From: an uncultured Poribacteria bacterium
GTDB lineage: Bacteria; Poribacteria; WGA-4E; WGA-3G
Length of the DNA: 64,000 nt
Assembly (NCBI GenBank): GCA_958295855.1
Contig: OY282383.1
Location: 183,178-247,177 of the forward strand
Reading direction: 5' to 3'
Shown: positions 47,393-57,775 of the stretch, one piece after another
Layout of the letters: each line of letters begins with the position of its first letter
How positions within the stretch are numbered: position 1 is the stretch's first letter
Notes under the pieces: model-generated
Told to the model about the DNA's origin: nothing
What the model saw: only the letters and a program-made list of their open reading frames with translations
Databases searched by the model: none
Translations under genes and position numbers: made by a program

Positions 47393-50164
47393 CTGCTGTG
47401 GGGCACCCATCGCGGCAGAGATATACGGCCACTCTGTCACGAGGTTGTTGTACGCCGCAGCACTCGACGCATCGCCACGCACCTCATAGTACGCATACAA
47501 GACGCGCGCCAAACGTTTCGCAGACTCCGAATCGCGCATCGCACGCGCAACACCAGCACAGCCCAAAATACCACCGCTGTGCTCTACGCCCGATAAATGC
47601 CACATCATCCGCAGACACCCCTCCCACGCTGTCATCTCTTTTCGATTTTCACGCTCAGCGTATTCTTCCGCTCGCAACAGCCGAACCTTGCCGCGTGACG
47701 CGATGAGCACTCTGTCGTGCAGCGCGGCGATGTCTACATCCTTCGCTTTTGAAAGCCCCTCTGCATCCCCGAAGTTGCCCGCCATGTAGCCGTGCTGCTG
47801 CAACCACGTCAAACAGAACTGACTCTCCGCATCCAGTTCGCCTGTCTCTTTTTCATGATAGGCGGTGATTTCGTTGTTGATGTGCATGAGTGCCTCGCGG
47901 ATTGGCACAATCTCACCGCTGATTCGCATCACTTTGCTATAGCGGGAGTAGACCTCCATGCCGGGGCCGATGGCGGCTTGTGCTAAATCGACCGGCCTGA
48001 TGTTTGTGATGCGGGTGAGTCTGTCAAGTGCGGGTGGCATCTCTTTTTTCAGTGCTTGTAGAAATTCGTTGCGGGTTATGGTGGGGGCATCCTCAGGGCG
48101 CGGCCGACACACTAACACAACAGAGGATGCCAGCGCGTTTTTAGTCGCCTTAAGAGCTGTTGGCCGCTCTGTCCGCATTGGCCAGGTGCCGGTTACCTGA
48201 AAACCAGCGTTGACGATTGCCGTGAGCATCGTCTCCCAGCCGGTGGAGGTTTTTCCATCCTGTTCCTCTTCCTGCTGTTTGTAGGCGTAGAAAATGGATG
48301 TGGGAAATACATCTGTGCAGTGTTGTCGCATTTGCAGCAATGCCTTGCCGAGCAATTCCTCAAAGTGTTGTGTAGGATCTTTAAATCGAGGACTCGCGGT
48401 TATCTCCTCATCCTTTGGAGTCATCATGCCGGCAAACAGTTCGGTATAGGTATCGCGCAGAAGGGGTCTCAGCCAGACATAGAAGAACTCGGACAAATCT
48501 GCATAGCCGATATTATCGTAGTAGGGCGGATCTGTAATAAAAACAGGCATATCCTGAGCATGCGGCGTAGTACATACATCCGCCTGATACGCTTCACCAG
48601 TGTTCGCTGAGGTAGGGAACCTCTCAACAACCCTTGCAATCCATGCTATCTGCGCCAGCCAGTTTTGCGTTGAAGTTGAGAACGGATTTGCTTCAGCAAA
48701 ATCCCACATCATTGAGATTTTTTGCATGCCGAAAACTGGCATAATACTATTCCCCCCGGTGTCCCATATAGCGAAACTGGAACCACTCTCAGCGGTCCGG
48801 TCAATGGCAAAGGCAAGGTAAGTACAAACAGTTGAGGCGTATTCGGATTCTCCTCCATCTTGCAGGATAAGATTACGGACTTCTCCCAGAAGGTCTTTGA
48901 AAGTAGTGAGAGCCGTTAACTGACGTTCTGTGAAAAGTTGATGCCACTCTGTAAACCCATAATTCTGTATAGCAAAACCTAACGCTCGATGCGGCAGTTT
49001 ACCCCTAGGTTTCCACGTAGGTTGAACAGACTGGGCAGTGTGGATATGCGTATTCGCGGGAGGCACGAATATTTTGGGTTTACCGTCTGCGACTATCGCT
49101 GTCATTACCGCTCCCATCTTTCCTGCTTTCGCTTGTTCTCGGACATAAGGCAACTTGACAGCACTCCCGCACGCAAAGCAGTAGGCACCTGTTCGGCTGA
49201 CTGTAGGCTTCGGCACGCCTTCATTATCGGTTTGCACGACCCATGAAATCGTGTTGGATTCCCGGTCAACAACCGGCTTTGTCCAATGCTCATTACCTTT
49301 CTTTCTTGAGAGTTGGAAGGTTTTCATCAGCGGCATCTGGAGTCCACACGCAGGATTGATACACGGCACTGTGCGCGCCCAGATCCATGCCACAACCGTG
49401 GCAGTTTGCCCTGTGGGCAATTCCACGGGTGGATAGAGATGTCCGATGCGTTTGTGTGCTGCCGCGCGCATCCACGCCCCGTAGTAACGGATGTCGGATG
49501 CCAAGCCTGCGGTGCCTTTCCATGGCACACGCGTTTTCCTTTTACCTGTGCCGGTGAACATTCCCATCGGATCGGCATCAGGATGGACCGGTTTCTGGTT
49601 GTGAAACGTCGGGGGTAATTCAATCATCGCCTTGTTGAGCAGGACAGGCAGCGGATTTAGATCGGAGGCGCGGGCACGTAATCCCAGGCGTTGTGCCTCA
49701 AGCGGGATGGAGCCGCCCCCACAAAACGGATCATAGATTGCGGGGCAGTGGTCGCGGAGGTATTGTAGCACTGCATCGGGATTGTTTTCAAACCGCTGGC
49801 GACAATCCGTTAGGTCTTCGGCGTTGTTGCGTGCGACAGAGATGGCGATTTCACGGCGTGCCTCTGCCAAGAGGTTTTCATCGGTGCTATTTTTCCAGAG
49901 CACGAGTCTCCGGAGGAGGTGATGGAGTCGGTTTCGTTCTGCGTTCTGCTCGGGTTCGGTTGGGAATTCGTCTATGCATTCGGAGGGGTCGTCCACCATG
50001 CTGGCGAAGATAACGGCGCGGCATGCAGCGAGGGGACGACGCGCCCACCACTTGTGCAGTGTTGAGGGGTGTCCATGCGTCAGCGAAGCGTCTTTTGCAG
50101 ACTCTTGGTTGATATCTTGGAGGGGTATATTGACCTCAATGAGTTTTTTGCGGTAAGTCGTCAT
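47357..50164 (-). CDS. DUF1156-domain DNA methyltransferase (putative N6-adenine / N4-cytosine, DPPY motif); orphan, with no DUF499/DUF3780 partners nearby
   Basis: 935 aa. N-terminal HKWWARRPLAA motif typical of DUF1156. FITDPPYYDNIGYADLSEFF catalytic motif. Confidence 0.6.
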   Translation of the reverse strand: MTTYRKKLIEVNIPLQDINQESAKDASLTHGHPSTLHKWWARRPLAACRAVIFASMVDDPSECIDEFPTEPEQNAERNRLHHLLRRLVLWKNSTDENLLAEARREIAISVARNNAEDLTDCRQRFENNPDAVLQYLRDHCPAIYDPFCGGGSIPLEAQRLGLRARASDLNPLPVLLNKAMIELPPTFHNQKPVHPDADPMGMFTGTGKRKTRVPWKGTAGLASDIRYYGAWMRAAAHKRIGHLYPPVELPTGQTATVVAWIWARTVPCINPACGLQMPLMKTFQLSRKKGNEHWTKPVVDRESNTISWVVQTDNEGVPKPTVSRTGAYCFACGSAVKLPYVREQAKAGKMGAVMTAIVADGKPKIFVPPANTHIHTAQSVQPTWKPRGKLPHRALGFAIQNYGFTEWHQLFTERQLTALTTFKDLLGEVRNLILQDGGESEYASTVCTYLAFAIDRTAESGSSFAIWDTGGNSIMPVFGMQKISMMWDFAEANPFSTSTQNWLAQIAWIARVVERFPTSANTGEAYQADVCTTPHAQDMPVFITDPPYYDNIGYADLSEFFYVWLRPLLRDTYTELFAGMMTPKDEEITASPRFKDPTQHFEELLGKALLQMRQHCTDVFPTSIFYAYKQQEEEQDGKTSTGWETMLTAIVNAGFQVTGTWPMRTERPTALKATKNALASSVVLVCRPRPEDAPTITRNEFLQALKKEMPPALDRLTRITNIRPVDLAQAAIGPGMEVYSRYSKVMRISGEIVPIREALMHINNEITAYHEKETGELDAESQFCLTWLQQHGYMAGNFGDAEGLSKAKDVDIAALHDRVLIASRGKVRLLRAEEYAERENRKEMTAWEGCLRMMWHLSGVEHSGGILGCAGVARAMRDSESAKRLARVLYAYYEVRGDASSAAAYNNLVTEWPYISAAMGAPQQMETVVGTLRVP

Positions 50165-50551
50165 AGTGCTTTCTGCGCGCCCCTGAAGCCGGGCGGAGAC
50201 AGGGCTCCGCCCTTACAATTCAAAGCCATTTGATATGCGCCTGCGCGGGCAGGGCGGACCGCATCAGATGCGCCTGGTTTGTGCTCCGCGCAGAGTAATC
50301 AGGAAGTTTAACCACTATTGAAAATAGTGGCAAACGTCAGGATAGTTCTGACGGGCAGGCACAAGGCACTGTTTCCCCTACAGAGTAGATGTCGTTAGAA
50401 GTTTCTTATGCAACCTTAATTAGCAGGGAGTACTCTAGAACTAATAAGAAACCCGATTTTGAACCGGGTATCCGCCCCTGCTTTGCAGGGGTAAATACCT
50501 CATGCGGAAAAATCGGAGCAGAAACCGAATTGATGAAAGACTGCTTGTTAA
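50165..50551. repeat. Intergenic mosaic (CCACTATTGAAAATAGTGG hairpin, GGGCAGGCACAAGGCACTG, CCTTAATTAGCAGGGAG, palindromic element, CATGCGGAAAAATCGGAGCAGAAACCG)
   Basis: Module families shared with 46000-46090 and 57360-57480. Confidence 0.8.
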
Positions 50552-52159
50552 CTACCGGTCTGATGGGTTCAGATTTAAGGTAATGTAACCAGCGCCTTGT
50601 CGGTTTGGCGATTTGACATAAAGGAGCACCCGCTTTTCGTTGTTCGCTTGAACTTGGCGAGCAATCTTCAAATACGTATCAAGATCTTTAATGGTTTCGT
50701 ATTCCATCTCTTGAATGAGCACCCCGGGTTTGATGCCTTTTTCCTCAGCATCGCTACCGCTTGCAACCCATGTGACGATAACCCCTTTTTCATCTGGCGA
50801 GTACCCGTAACGCTCAGCAGACGCGGGAGTCAGGTTTTGGACGCGAAGCCCGGCAAATGCTTGTAGTTCATCAAGTTCTTTCTCCCCTTCTTTAAGCCGC
50901 TTATGAGCATCTCCGGCTCCTTGTACCTGTGCATTGAGTTTTGCAATAACCTCTTCAGTCCGTTTGCCCAACTTCACAGTCAACCGTTTTTCTTCATTAG
51001 CCTCCCGTAGCACTTTCACCTCAACAGATTTACCCACTTCTGTTGCGCCCACAGCATGTATCAGATGATCGGCGTCCCGAATGACTTCGCCAGCAAATTC
51101 AACAATAACATCCGAACGTTGAATACCGGCTTTGTCTGCAGGACTATCTTTGCTAACGCCACTAACAAGGGCACCGCGAGGCGTGTCAAAGTTCAATTTT
51201 TCTGCCAAATCAGCATCAACTGTTTTCATGGTGATGCCGAGCCAACCGCGTTCAACTTTGCCATGTTTAATAAGTTGTGGCAAAACCTGTTGTGCCATTT
51301 TACTTGGAACAGCAAAACCGATGCCGATATTCCCGGTAGTGAATCCACCGGTGGCAATTAAGGTATTAATACCAACCAATTCGCCACGAATGTTAATCAG
51401 CGCGCCGCCGCTGTTTCCTCGATTGATGGGTGCATCTGTTTGTATGAAATTACCGTACTGAATACTGCTAAATCCTGAGCGCCCTTTCGCACTCACAATG
51501 CCGCGCGTTACGGTTTGAGAAAAGTTAAGTGGGGTTCCGATTGCAATCACCCATTCTCCCACTTTAAGGGCATCCGAATCGCCGAACGGAAGTGCCTGAA
51601 GCCCTTCGGCTTCAATTTTGAGAAGTGCCAGATCTGCGCCACTGACACCAGTCCCGGCAGCATCGCGCCCGACTAACTCAGCGTTATATTCTCGACCATT
51701 GGCTAGGATGACTTTAACTTCATCGGTCCCCTCAATGACATGGTTATTCGTCAAAATATAACCGTCGTCACTCACAATCACCCCGGAACCTATTCCTTCG
51801 GCATCCTCTTCATAGTCGCGTGGTGGGTTCCTTTCAAAAAAGTGTCTGAAAAAATCTTCTTCCTCGGGCGACATCCGTCTTCTCTGTGAGCTCCAAACGT
51901 TATTTCGTTTTGTTTTCGTCTTAATTTGCACGACCGAGGGGCGCGTTTGCGCTACCAGATTAATAAACGCCTGATTCGCGCGTGCCAAATACTGAAAATC
52001 GTCTGACTTTTGGAATGTCTCGTTAGTTTGACCGATTGCAGTTTGAAGCGTGAATTCCTCTGCATCGCGGTTCATGAGGAGTCCCGCTACAACAATGAGC
52101 CCTGCGCAAAGCAAAAGTATGCCCACAGGTTTCCGAAGTGTCGCTCTAAATCTGAACAT
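50552..52159 (-). CDS. HtrA/DegP-family periplasmic serine protease with two PDZ domains
   Basis: 535 aa. Trypsin-like catalytic motifs: TNNHV, D, GNSGGAL. Confidence 0.85.
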   Translation of the reverse strand: MFRFRATLRKPVGILLLCAGLIVVAGLLMNRDAEEFTLQTAIGQTNETFQKSDDFQYLARANQAFINLVAQTRPSVVQIKTKTKRNNVWSSQRRRMSPEEEDFFRHFFERNPPRDYEEDAEGIGSGVIVSDDGYILTNNHVIEGTDEVKVILANGREYNAELVGRDAAGTGVSGADLALLKIEAEGLQALPFGDSDALKVGEWVIAIGTPLNFSQTVTRGIVSAKGRSGFSSIQYGNFIQTDAPINRGNSGGALINIRGELVGINTLIATGGFTTGNIGIGFAVPSKMAQQVLPQLIKHGKVERGWLGITMKTVDADLAEKLNFDTPRGALVSGVSKDSPADKAGIQRSDVIVEFAGEVIRDADHLIHAVGATEVGKSVEVKVLREANEEKRLTVKLGKRTEEVIAKLNAQVQGAGDAHKRLKEGEKELDELQAFAGLRVQNLTPASAERYGYSPDEKGVIVTWVASGSDAEEKGIKPGVLIQEMEYETIKDLDTYLKIARQVQANNEKRVLLYVKSPNRQGAGYITLNLNPSDR

Positions 52160-52360
52160 GAGTTAAAACCTCCAATTTGATTTGGCATCCCGAATGGATG
52201 CTTTTTAAGTTTTGGGTGTTCGCGCCTAAAAACACCCCGGTTTCGGGCTGTGAATAGACCGAAACCCTCTTCATTTTTTTAGTTTGGTGCTTACGCTCTA
52301 AAAACACACCTGTTAGCAAATAAAGTTGCAAAAAAATGCATTGGGTTTGAAAATAGCATT

Positions 52361-52708
52361 TCACTGGCCACGCGAAATCCGGTCTACGTGCTCACGAACA
52401 ACAGGTTCTGGACACGACCGAATGAAGAACCATGCTCCCGGGACAAGAATCACAACGCATCCCACGACAATATCGTCAATGCGCCCGAAAATAGGGAGAA
52501 AGTCAAAATCAAGTGGATTCACGAAGTAGGCGATAGCAAAGGCAACAGCGACGAGTTCTGCAAGGACAAGAATCGCCTTCCGGTAGATAGGCACGCGTTC
52601 GTCCCCGAACAGCCGCCACGTCAGCCTAACGAAGTTTGGAAAATGGAGAAAGATGCGTAAAAAGCGGAAGGCACCCCGCCCTTTGCCACCGAATAAAAAA
52701 GAATTCAT
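52361..52708 (-). CDS. DUF1232 (YkvA-like) membrane protein
   Basis: 115 aa; LDFDFLPIFGRIDDIVVG matches the family's conserved DxIPD...DD segment. Confidence 0.5.
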   Translation of the reverse strand: MNSFLFGGKGRGAFRFLRIFLHFPNFVRLTWRLFGDERVPIYRKAILVLAELVAVAFAIAYFVNPLDFDFLPIFGRIDDIVVGCVVILVPGAWFFIRSCPEPVVREHVDRISRGQ

Positions 52709-52892
52709 AGTAGTTTTATTTTACCAAAAATTCGATTTATGTGCAAATCAATTTTCAGATTTTGTGAAGCCTATTCAGTGTTCGGGGAGAACCGAATGCC
52801 TCTGGTAGAATTTTCGCTTGACATTTCCTGTTTTTCTGCATATACTATACTGCAAAGAATACCAAACGAAGGAAAAGTAATCAGGAGAAATT

Positions 52893-53657
52893 ATGGCTAC
52901 ACAACTTGCAGCACAACTGTACACCGTTAGGGAATTCACCAAAACGGAGGCGGGCATTGCCGAAAGTCTAAAAAAGGTTAGACAGCTCGGTTACGAGGCT
53001 GTCCAATGTTCTGCCCTCGGCCCCATTTCGCCAGCGGCACTGAAAAACCTCGTTGATAGTGAAGGCATCACTATATGTGCTACGCATACCGACTACGCAC
53101 GGATGCGCGATGAACCACAAGCCGTTATTGACGAACATCAATTGTGGGGATGCCAGCACGCCGCAATCGGCGGCATCCCCGGCGAATACCGCAGCGCTGA
53201 AGGGTTCGCGACGTTTGCGAAGGAAGCCTCTGAAGTCGCAGCACGCCTTGCTGAAGGGGGCGTAACTTTTTCCTATCACAACCATAGCTTTGAATTGGAA
53301 CGCTTTAACGGACGCACCGGGTTGGAGATTTTATATGCGGAAAGCGATGCGAACTATTTTAAGAGCGAACTAGACACTTATTGGATCCAGCACGGTGGCG
53401 GAGATGCGGCGGATTGGATTCGCAGACTAAAGGGGCGCGCGCAGATCATCCATTTCAAAGATATGGCGATGCGGGGCTCCACCCAGCGCTTTGCTGAAGT
53501 CGGTGAAGGCAACCTCAATTGGCCAGCGATCTTGGATGCTTGTCTATATGCCGGGGTTGAATGGTATATCGTTGAGCAGGATAGCTGCTATGAACGCGAC
53601 CCGTTTGAGAGTTTAGGCATCAGCCTCAGGAATCTTCAAGCGATGGGACTTTCATAG
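52893..53657 (+). CDS. Sugar phosphate isomerase/epimerase (xylose-isomerase-like TIM barrel)
   Basis: 254 aa. AAGGAAAAG SD. Family-typical metal-ligand pattern. Confidence 0.55.
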   Translation: MATQLAAQLYTVREFTKTEAGIAESLKKVRQLGYEAVQCSALGPISPAALKNLVDSEGITICATHTDYARMRDEPQAVIDEHQLWGCQHAAIGGIPGEYRSAEGFATFAKEASEVAARLAEGGVTFSYHNHSFELERFNGRTGLEILYAESDANYFKSELDTYWIQHGGGDAADWIRRLKGRAQIIHFKDMAMRGSTQRFAEVGEGNLNWPAILDACLYAGVEWYIVEQDSCYERDPFESLGISLRNLQAMGLS

Positions 53658-53826
53658 CGCAGCACCTGAAAGGGCAAGATAATCTGGCAGCAACTACCAT
53701 GTCGTCATTCTGCCAGATTTTTTCACGACGTGTTGCGTCCTGAATTCAACAGCGGCAGCCATCAGCGATTTTTATTTGACATTCACCTAAATTTGTGATA
53801 CAATTAACAAAAATTGATGTTGTTAA

Positions 53827-53900
53827 CGGGGCGTGGCGCAGCCCGGAAGCGCGCTTGAATGGGGTTCAAGAGGTCGCTGGTTCGAATCCAGTCGCCCCGA
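53827..53900 (+). tRNA. tRNA-Pro (anticodon GGG)
   Basis: 74-nt cloverleaf. Acceptor stem CGGGGCG/CGCCCCG with C1:G72 (typical of tRNA-Pro). D-stem GCGC/GCGC. Anticodon stem CTTGA/TCAAG with loop ATGGGGT. T-arm GCTGG-TTCGAAT-CCAGT. Discriminator A. Confidence 0.85.
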
Positions 53901-54070
53901 TTTCTGAAATGTAAGAGCAGATTTTCATATCTGCCGTTGCCGGCATGCCGGCTAAAAAATGTGAGAAATAAAAAAATTGCAAAGGTATTTACCCCTGTTT
54001 ATAGGGGCAGATACCCCATTTGGCCATTCACAACTTAGTGAAAATAGACAGAAAAAAGGCAGTTGCGGTA

Positions 54071-55393
54071 GTGGATAAATCTTGTATCAATGTGGGCATC
54101 TTAGGGTGGGGTACGGTTGGCACCGGTGTTTCCAAAATCCTGGTGAATCAGAATGCGCTCATCGCTAGAAACAGCGGCACCCAGTTATGCCTAAAAAAAA
54201 TAGTGAAGCGGACGCTTCCCGCGTCGCGCCCAGGGATTGAACTCCCCACGGACTGTTTGACTACCAGCCCCGCTGACGTGGTTGACAATCCGGACATCGA
54301 TATTGTCGTTGAGCTCATCGGCGGCATCTCGGATGCGCGAGCGTTCATCAGACGTGCTATCCAAAATGGCAAGCATGTTGTGACAGCAAATAAGGCACTG
54401 CTGGCTGAACACGGTGTCGAACTTTTTCAATTGGCTGCACAGCACCAAGTCAGTCTGAATTTTGAAGCCAGCACAGCAGGCGGCATCCCGATTATCAAAA
54501 CGCTACAAGAGAGTTTTGCCGCAAACCAGATTCATTCCCTCTACGGTATTGTCAACGGCACCTGTAACTACATCTTGAGCGAAATGCATGAACACGCTGT
54601 GGATTTTTCAGCAGTGCTTAAAGCCGCGCAAGACAAAGGTTACGCTGAAGCAGATCCAACGCTTGATGTTGAAGGAATTGATGCTGCCCAAAAACTGATT
54701 CTTCTTATCGCCCTTGCCTATCAGAGTAATATCTCACTCGATCAGTTCCATGTCGAAGGCATCACAAACATTACCCAAAAAGAGATACAATATGCACGCG
54801 AACTCGGATATGTCATCAAACTGCTCGCTATCGCGAAGCTAACTGATGAACACCGTGTGGAAGCCCGCGTGCATCCGACGCTTTTGCCGGAGCGAAGCCT
54901 CCTTGCGAACGTCGGTGGTGCGTTTAATGCTGTCTGCGTCATCGGCGATGCCGTCGGGCCAACGCTCTTTTATGGGCAGGGTGCAGGTGAAATGCCTACC
55001 GCCAGCGCAGTTGTCGCGGATATCATTGATGCAGCAAAATCTGTACAACAGGGCGTGAGCACACCGATTTCCCAAGCCTGGCTTGCAGATTCACAGACTG
55101 AAGTTGCTGTCTGTCCTATTGACGACATCGACACGCGTTACTATCTCCGTTTTGTAGTTGTTGACCGGCCGGGTGTCCTGGCAAAAATCGGCGGTATCTT
55201 GGGAAACTGCGAAATTAGTATTGCCTCGGTTATCCAAAAGGAACCGCACGGCACCGATACGGTTTCACTCGTTATGCTTACGCACAAGGCGCGTGAGAAG
55301 AATATGAAAACCGCACTCGCGCAAATTTACACCCTTGAAGACGTTAAAGGCGACGCGCAGCTCATCAGGATTGAAGAAGAAGTCGCTTTTTGA
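54071..55393 (+). CDS. hom: Homoserine dehydrogenase with C-terminal ACT domain
   Basis: ORF 54020..55393 (TTG start) runs through a palindromic repeat. A GTG at 54071 is more plausible as the start but uncertain. NAD-binding GILGWGTVGTGV, and the ACT domain at the C-terminus. Confidence 0.8.
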   Translation: MDKSCINVGILGWGTVGTGVSKILVNQNALIARNSGTQLCLKKIVKRTLPASRPGIELPTDCLTTSPADVVDNPDIDIVVELIGGISDARAFIRRAIQNGKHVVTANKALLAEHGVELFQLAAQHQVSLNFEASTAGGIPIIKTLQESFAANQIHSLYGIVNGTCNYILSEMHEHAVDFSAVLKAAQDKGYAEADPTLDVEGIDAAQKLILLIALAYQSNISLDQFHVEGITNITQKEIQYARELGYVIKLLAIAKLTDEHRVEARVHPTLLPERSLLANVGGAFNAVCVIGDAVGPTLFYGQGAGEMPTASAVVADIIDAAKSVQQGVSTPISQAWLADSQTEVAVCPIDDIDTRYYLRFVVVDRPGVLAKIGGILGNCEISIASVIQKEPHGTDTVSLVMLTHKAREKNMKTALAQIYTLEDVKGDAQLIRIEEEVAF

Positions 55394-55432
55394 AGTGGTT
55401 AATGCCACACCTCTCCATAAAGGTGAATAGAA

Positions 55433-55999
55433 ATGAGGGAAGGCATAAAAGATACGTTGGTGTTCAACGTGAAAGACCTTCAATACGAGGACTCCAAGGT
55501 TTACAAAGCACTCGTGCCACCCAGCGGGCTAGATGTTACTTTTGATGAGGTGGAGTTTATTCATCCCCTCTCATGCACCGTTCACTTACTTCGCCAAGGG
55601 TGCGACAATGTTTATGTCACAGCGGAGATAGTTTCGGCTATTTCCGTGGCGTGTCGCCGATGCCTTAACCCGTTTGAGTCTGGGATTACTACCACGCTTG
55701 AAGTGTTATTTTGCCACAGTAATGAATCGCAAGAACCTGCATCGGAGCTGGTTGAAGGAGAAGAGCGATACTACGATGGGGACACCTTCGATCTTTCAGA
55801 AGATGTACAGCAGGCTCTTGTGCTTGAAATACCGACGTGGCCGCTATGTTCCGAAGCGTGCCAAGGTTTATGTCCTCAGTGCGGAACCGAACTTAATGAG
55901 GGGGCATGTCTCTGTGAGCTAACCGATGAATCGCAGCAGCGCGTCTCCAACCCATTCTCTGTGCTTTCAGAGATGCTACCTGAAGAGAACAAGACTTAG
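55433..55999 (+). CDS. yceD: YceD/DUF177-family protein (large-subunit rRNA accumulation protein)
   Basis: 188 aa with a C-terminal CxxC...CxC cluster. Conserved position upstream of rpmF. Confidence 0.7.
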   Translation: MREGIKDTLVFNVKDLQYEDSKVYKALVPPSGLDVTFDEVEFIHPLSCTVHLLRQGCDNVYVTAEIVSAISVACRRCLNPFESGITTTLEVLFCHSNESQEPASELVEGEERYYDGDTFDLSEDVQQALVLEIPTWPLCSEACQGLCPQCGTELNEGACLCELTDESQQRVSNPFSVLSEMLPEENKT

Positions 56000-56092
56000 T
56001 TGTCAGTGCGGGAGGAGTTTGTAACTCCGATGCGAAGTAGCAGCACCACAAACTGAAAAGATAACCAATAACCATTTCCCAAGGAGGCCTCC

Positions 56093-56272
56093 ATGGCACA
56101 TCCGAAACGGAGAACATCAAAATCGAAAAAAAGAATGCGGAGAAGCCATCATGCGCTCCACGACAAAGCTGTTAACGTTTGTTCACATTGCGGGGAAAAT
56201 CGGATTTCCCACCGTGTTTGTCCGCAATGTGGGTATTACAACGGAACACCTGTGCTAAAAACCGCGGAATAG
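56093..56272 (+). CDS. rpmF: 50S ribosomal protein L32
   Basis: 59 aa: MAHPKRRTSKSKKRMRRSHHALH...CSHCG...CPQCGYY (CxxC...CxxC zinc ribbon). AAGGAGG SD 5 nt upstream. Not in the ORF track because it is under 60 aa. Confidence 0.85.
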   Translation: MAHPKRRTSKSKKRMRRSHHALHDKAVNVCSHCGENRISHRVCPQCGYYNGTPVLKTAE

Positions 56273-56330
56273 GTATCTGCCCCTGTAAGCAGGGATATTC
56301 CTCACGAGCAAAACACTTTGAGAGAAACAC

Positions 56331-57359
56331 ATGAAATCAAGAACCGATAGCCGCGCGCAAGCCGCACAAAAACCTCGATATGCAGCCATTATAGGGACAG
56401 GAGCTTACCTCCCTGAAAGGGTTGTCACCAATTTCGATCTCGAGAAAATGGTGGATACCAGCGACGAATGGATTCGTCAACGCACAGGCATTGCTGAACG
56501 GCGCATCGCGGATGACGATGTCGCCACCTCAGACCTCAGTGTCCATGCTGCCCGATGGGCTATTAAAAACGCGCAAATCGATCCGATTGACATTGACATG
56601 ATTCTCGTCGCGACTGTTACACCCGATACCTTTTTCCCATCAACGGCTTGCTATGTCCAGAAAGGCATCGGTGCAAAGAACGCATCTGCAATGGATATAT
56701 CAGCCGCATGCGCCGGCTTCCTTTATGGCCTTGATTTAGCGGATGGCTTGATTAAATCCGGACGGTACGATACTATCTTGGTTGTCGGGGGCGAAGTTTT
56801 TAACAATATTGTTGACTGGAAAGATAGGAATACATGTGTTCTCTTCGGAGATGGCGCAGGTGCTGCTGTTGTACAAGCCACCGAAGAACCAAAAGGGATT
56901 CTCGCTTCTTACATCGGTTCTGATGGGGATTATGCTGACATTAACCTACTCGGCATCCCTGCTGGCGGTTCCAGAATGCCACTGACAGCAGAAGGAATCG
57001 ACCAGAAACTGGACAAAATTCAGATGAATGGGCGGGAAGTCTTCAAGCTCGGTGTCCGGCTAATGCCTGAAGCCGCACAGCGGGTACTGCGCCAAGCAAA
57101 CGTCCATATTGACGACATTGATTTGTTAATACCCCATCAAGCGAATTTGCGCATCATCGAAGCCGTAGGCGACAGGCTTGGGGTGCCGCGTGAGAAGGTG
57201 TACGTTAACGTTGACAAATACGGCAATACCTCCGCAGCAACAGTGATCATCGCACTAGACGAAGCAATTCGCGAGGGACGCGCCACACCGGGAGACCTCA
57301 TTCTGCTCGTAACTTTCGGCGCAGGCCTGACATGGGGAAGCACACTCTTGCGTCTTTAA
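56331..57359 (+). CDS. fabH: 3-oxoacyl-ACP synthase III
   Basis: 342 aa. Active-site Cys context AACAGF. His/Asn region GNTSAAT. Confidence 0.9.
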   Translation: MKSRTDSRAQAAQKPRYAAIIGTGAYLPERVVTNFDLEKMVDTSDEWIRQRTGIAERRIADDDVATSDLSVHAARWAIKNAQIDPIDIDMILVATVTPDTFFPSTACYVQKGIGAKNASAMDISAACAGFLYGLDLADGLIKSGRYDTILVVGGEVFNNIVDWKDRNTCVLFGDGAGAAVVQATEEPKGILASYIGSDGDYADINLLGIPAGGSRMPLTAEGIDQKLDKIQMNGREVFKLGVRLMPEAAQRVLRQANVHIDDIDLLIPHQANLRIIEAVGDRLGVPREKVYVNVDKYGNTSAATVIIALDEAIREGRATPGDLILLVTFGAGLTWGSTLLRL

Positions 57360-57775
57360 CAATTCGGTTTCCGCTCCGATTTTTCCGCATGAGGTATTAA
57401 CCCCTGCAAAGCAGGGGCGGATACCCGGTTCAAAATCGGGTTTCCGGCAAGTTTGTAGCGTGTTCCCTGCTAATTAAGGTTGCATAAGAAACCTCGGACG
57501 AGAGCTACTGTAGCGGCAGTGCCTTGTGCCTGCCCATCTACATCGTCAGAACACTCCTGCAACCTGATTACTCCGCAAGGAATAACAAAAAGACGAGATC
57601 TGCCACAACGTCACAACAACGAATAATTAAGCGTTAAAATACTTGCATAAGAAACCTCCGACGAGAGCTACTGTAGCGGCAGTGCCTTGTGCCTGCCCAT
57701 CTACATCGTCAGAACACTCCTGCAACCTGATTACTCTGCAAGGAATGACAAAAAACTCTGCAAGGAATGACAAAA
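57360..57775. repeat. Intergenic mosaic between fabH and fabD, including two copies of GAAACCTC(C/G)GACGAGAGCTACTGTAGCGGCAGTGCCTTGTGCCTGCCCATCTACATCGTCAGAACACTCCTGCAACCTGATTACTC(C/T)GCAAGGAAT(A/G)ACAAAAA
   Basis: Duplicate unit of about 110 bp at 57478-57590 and 57645-57758. The last copy supplies the fabD SD (AAGGAATGACAAAAATG). Confidence 0.85.

Noticed and set aside
54020-54070. The ORF-track TTG start for hom at 54020
   Set aside because: It overlaps the palindromic repeat immediately after the tRNA. A downstream in-frame GTG (54071 or 54092), giving M-DKSCINVGILGWGTVG, fits Hom N-termini better. The start remains uncertain.
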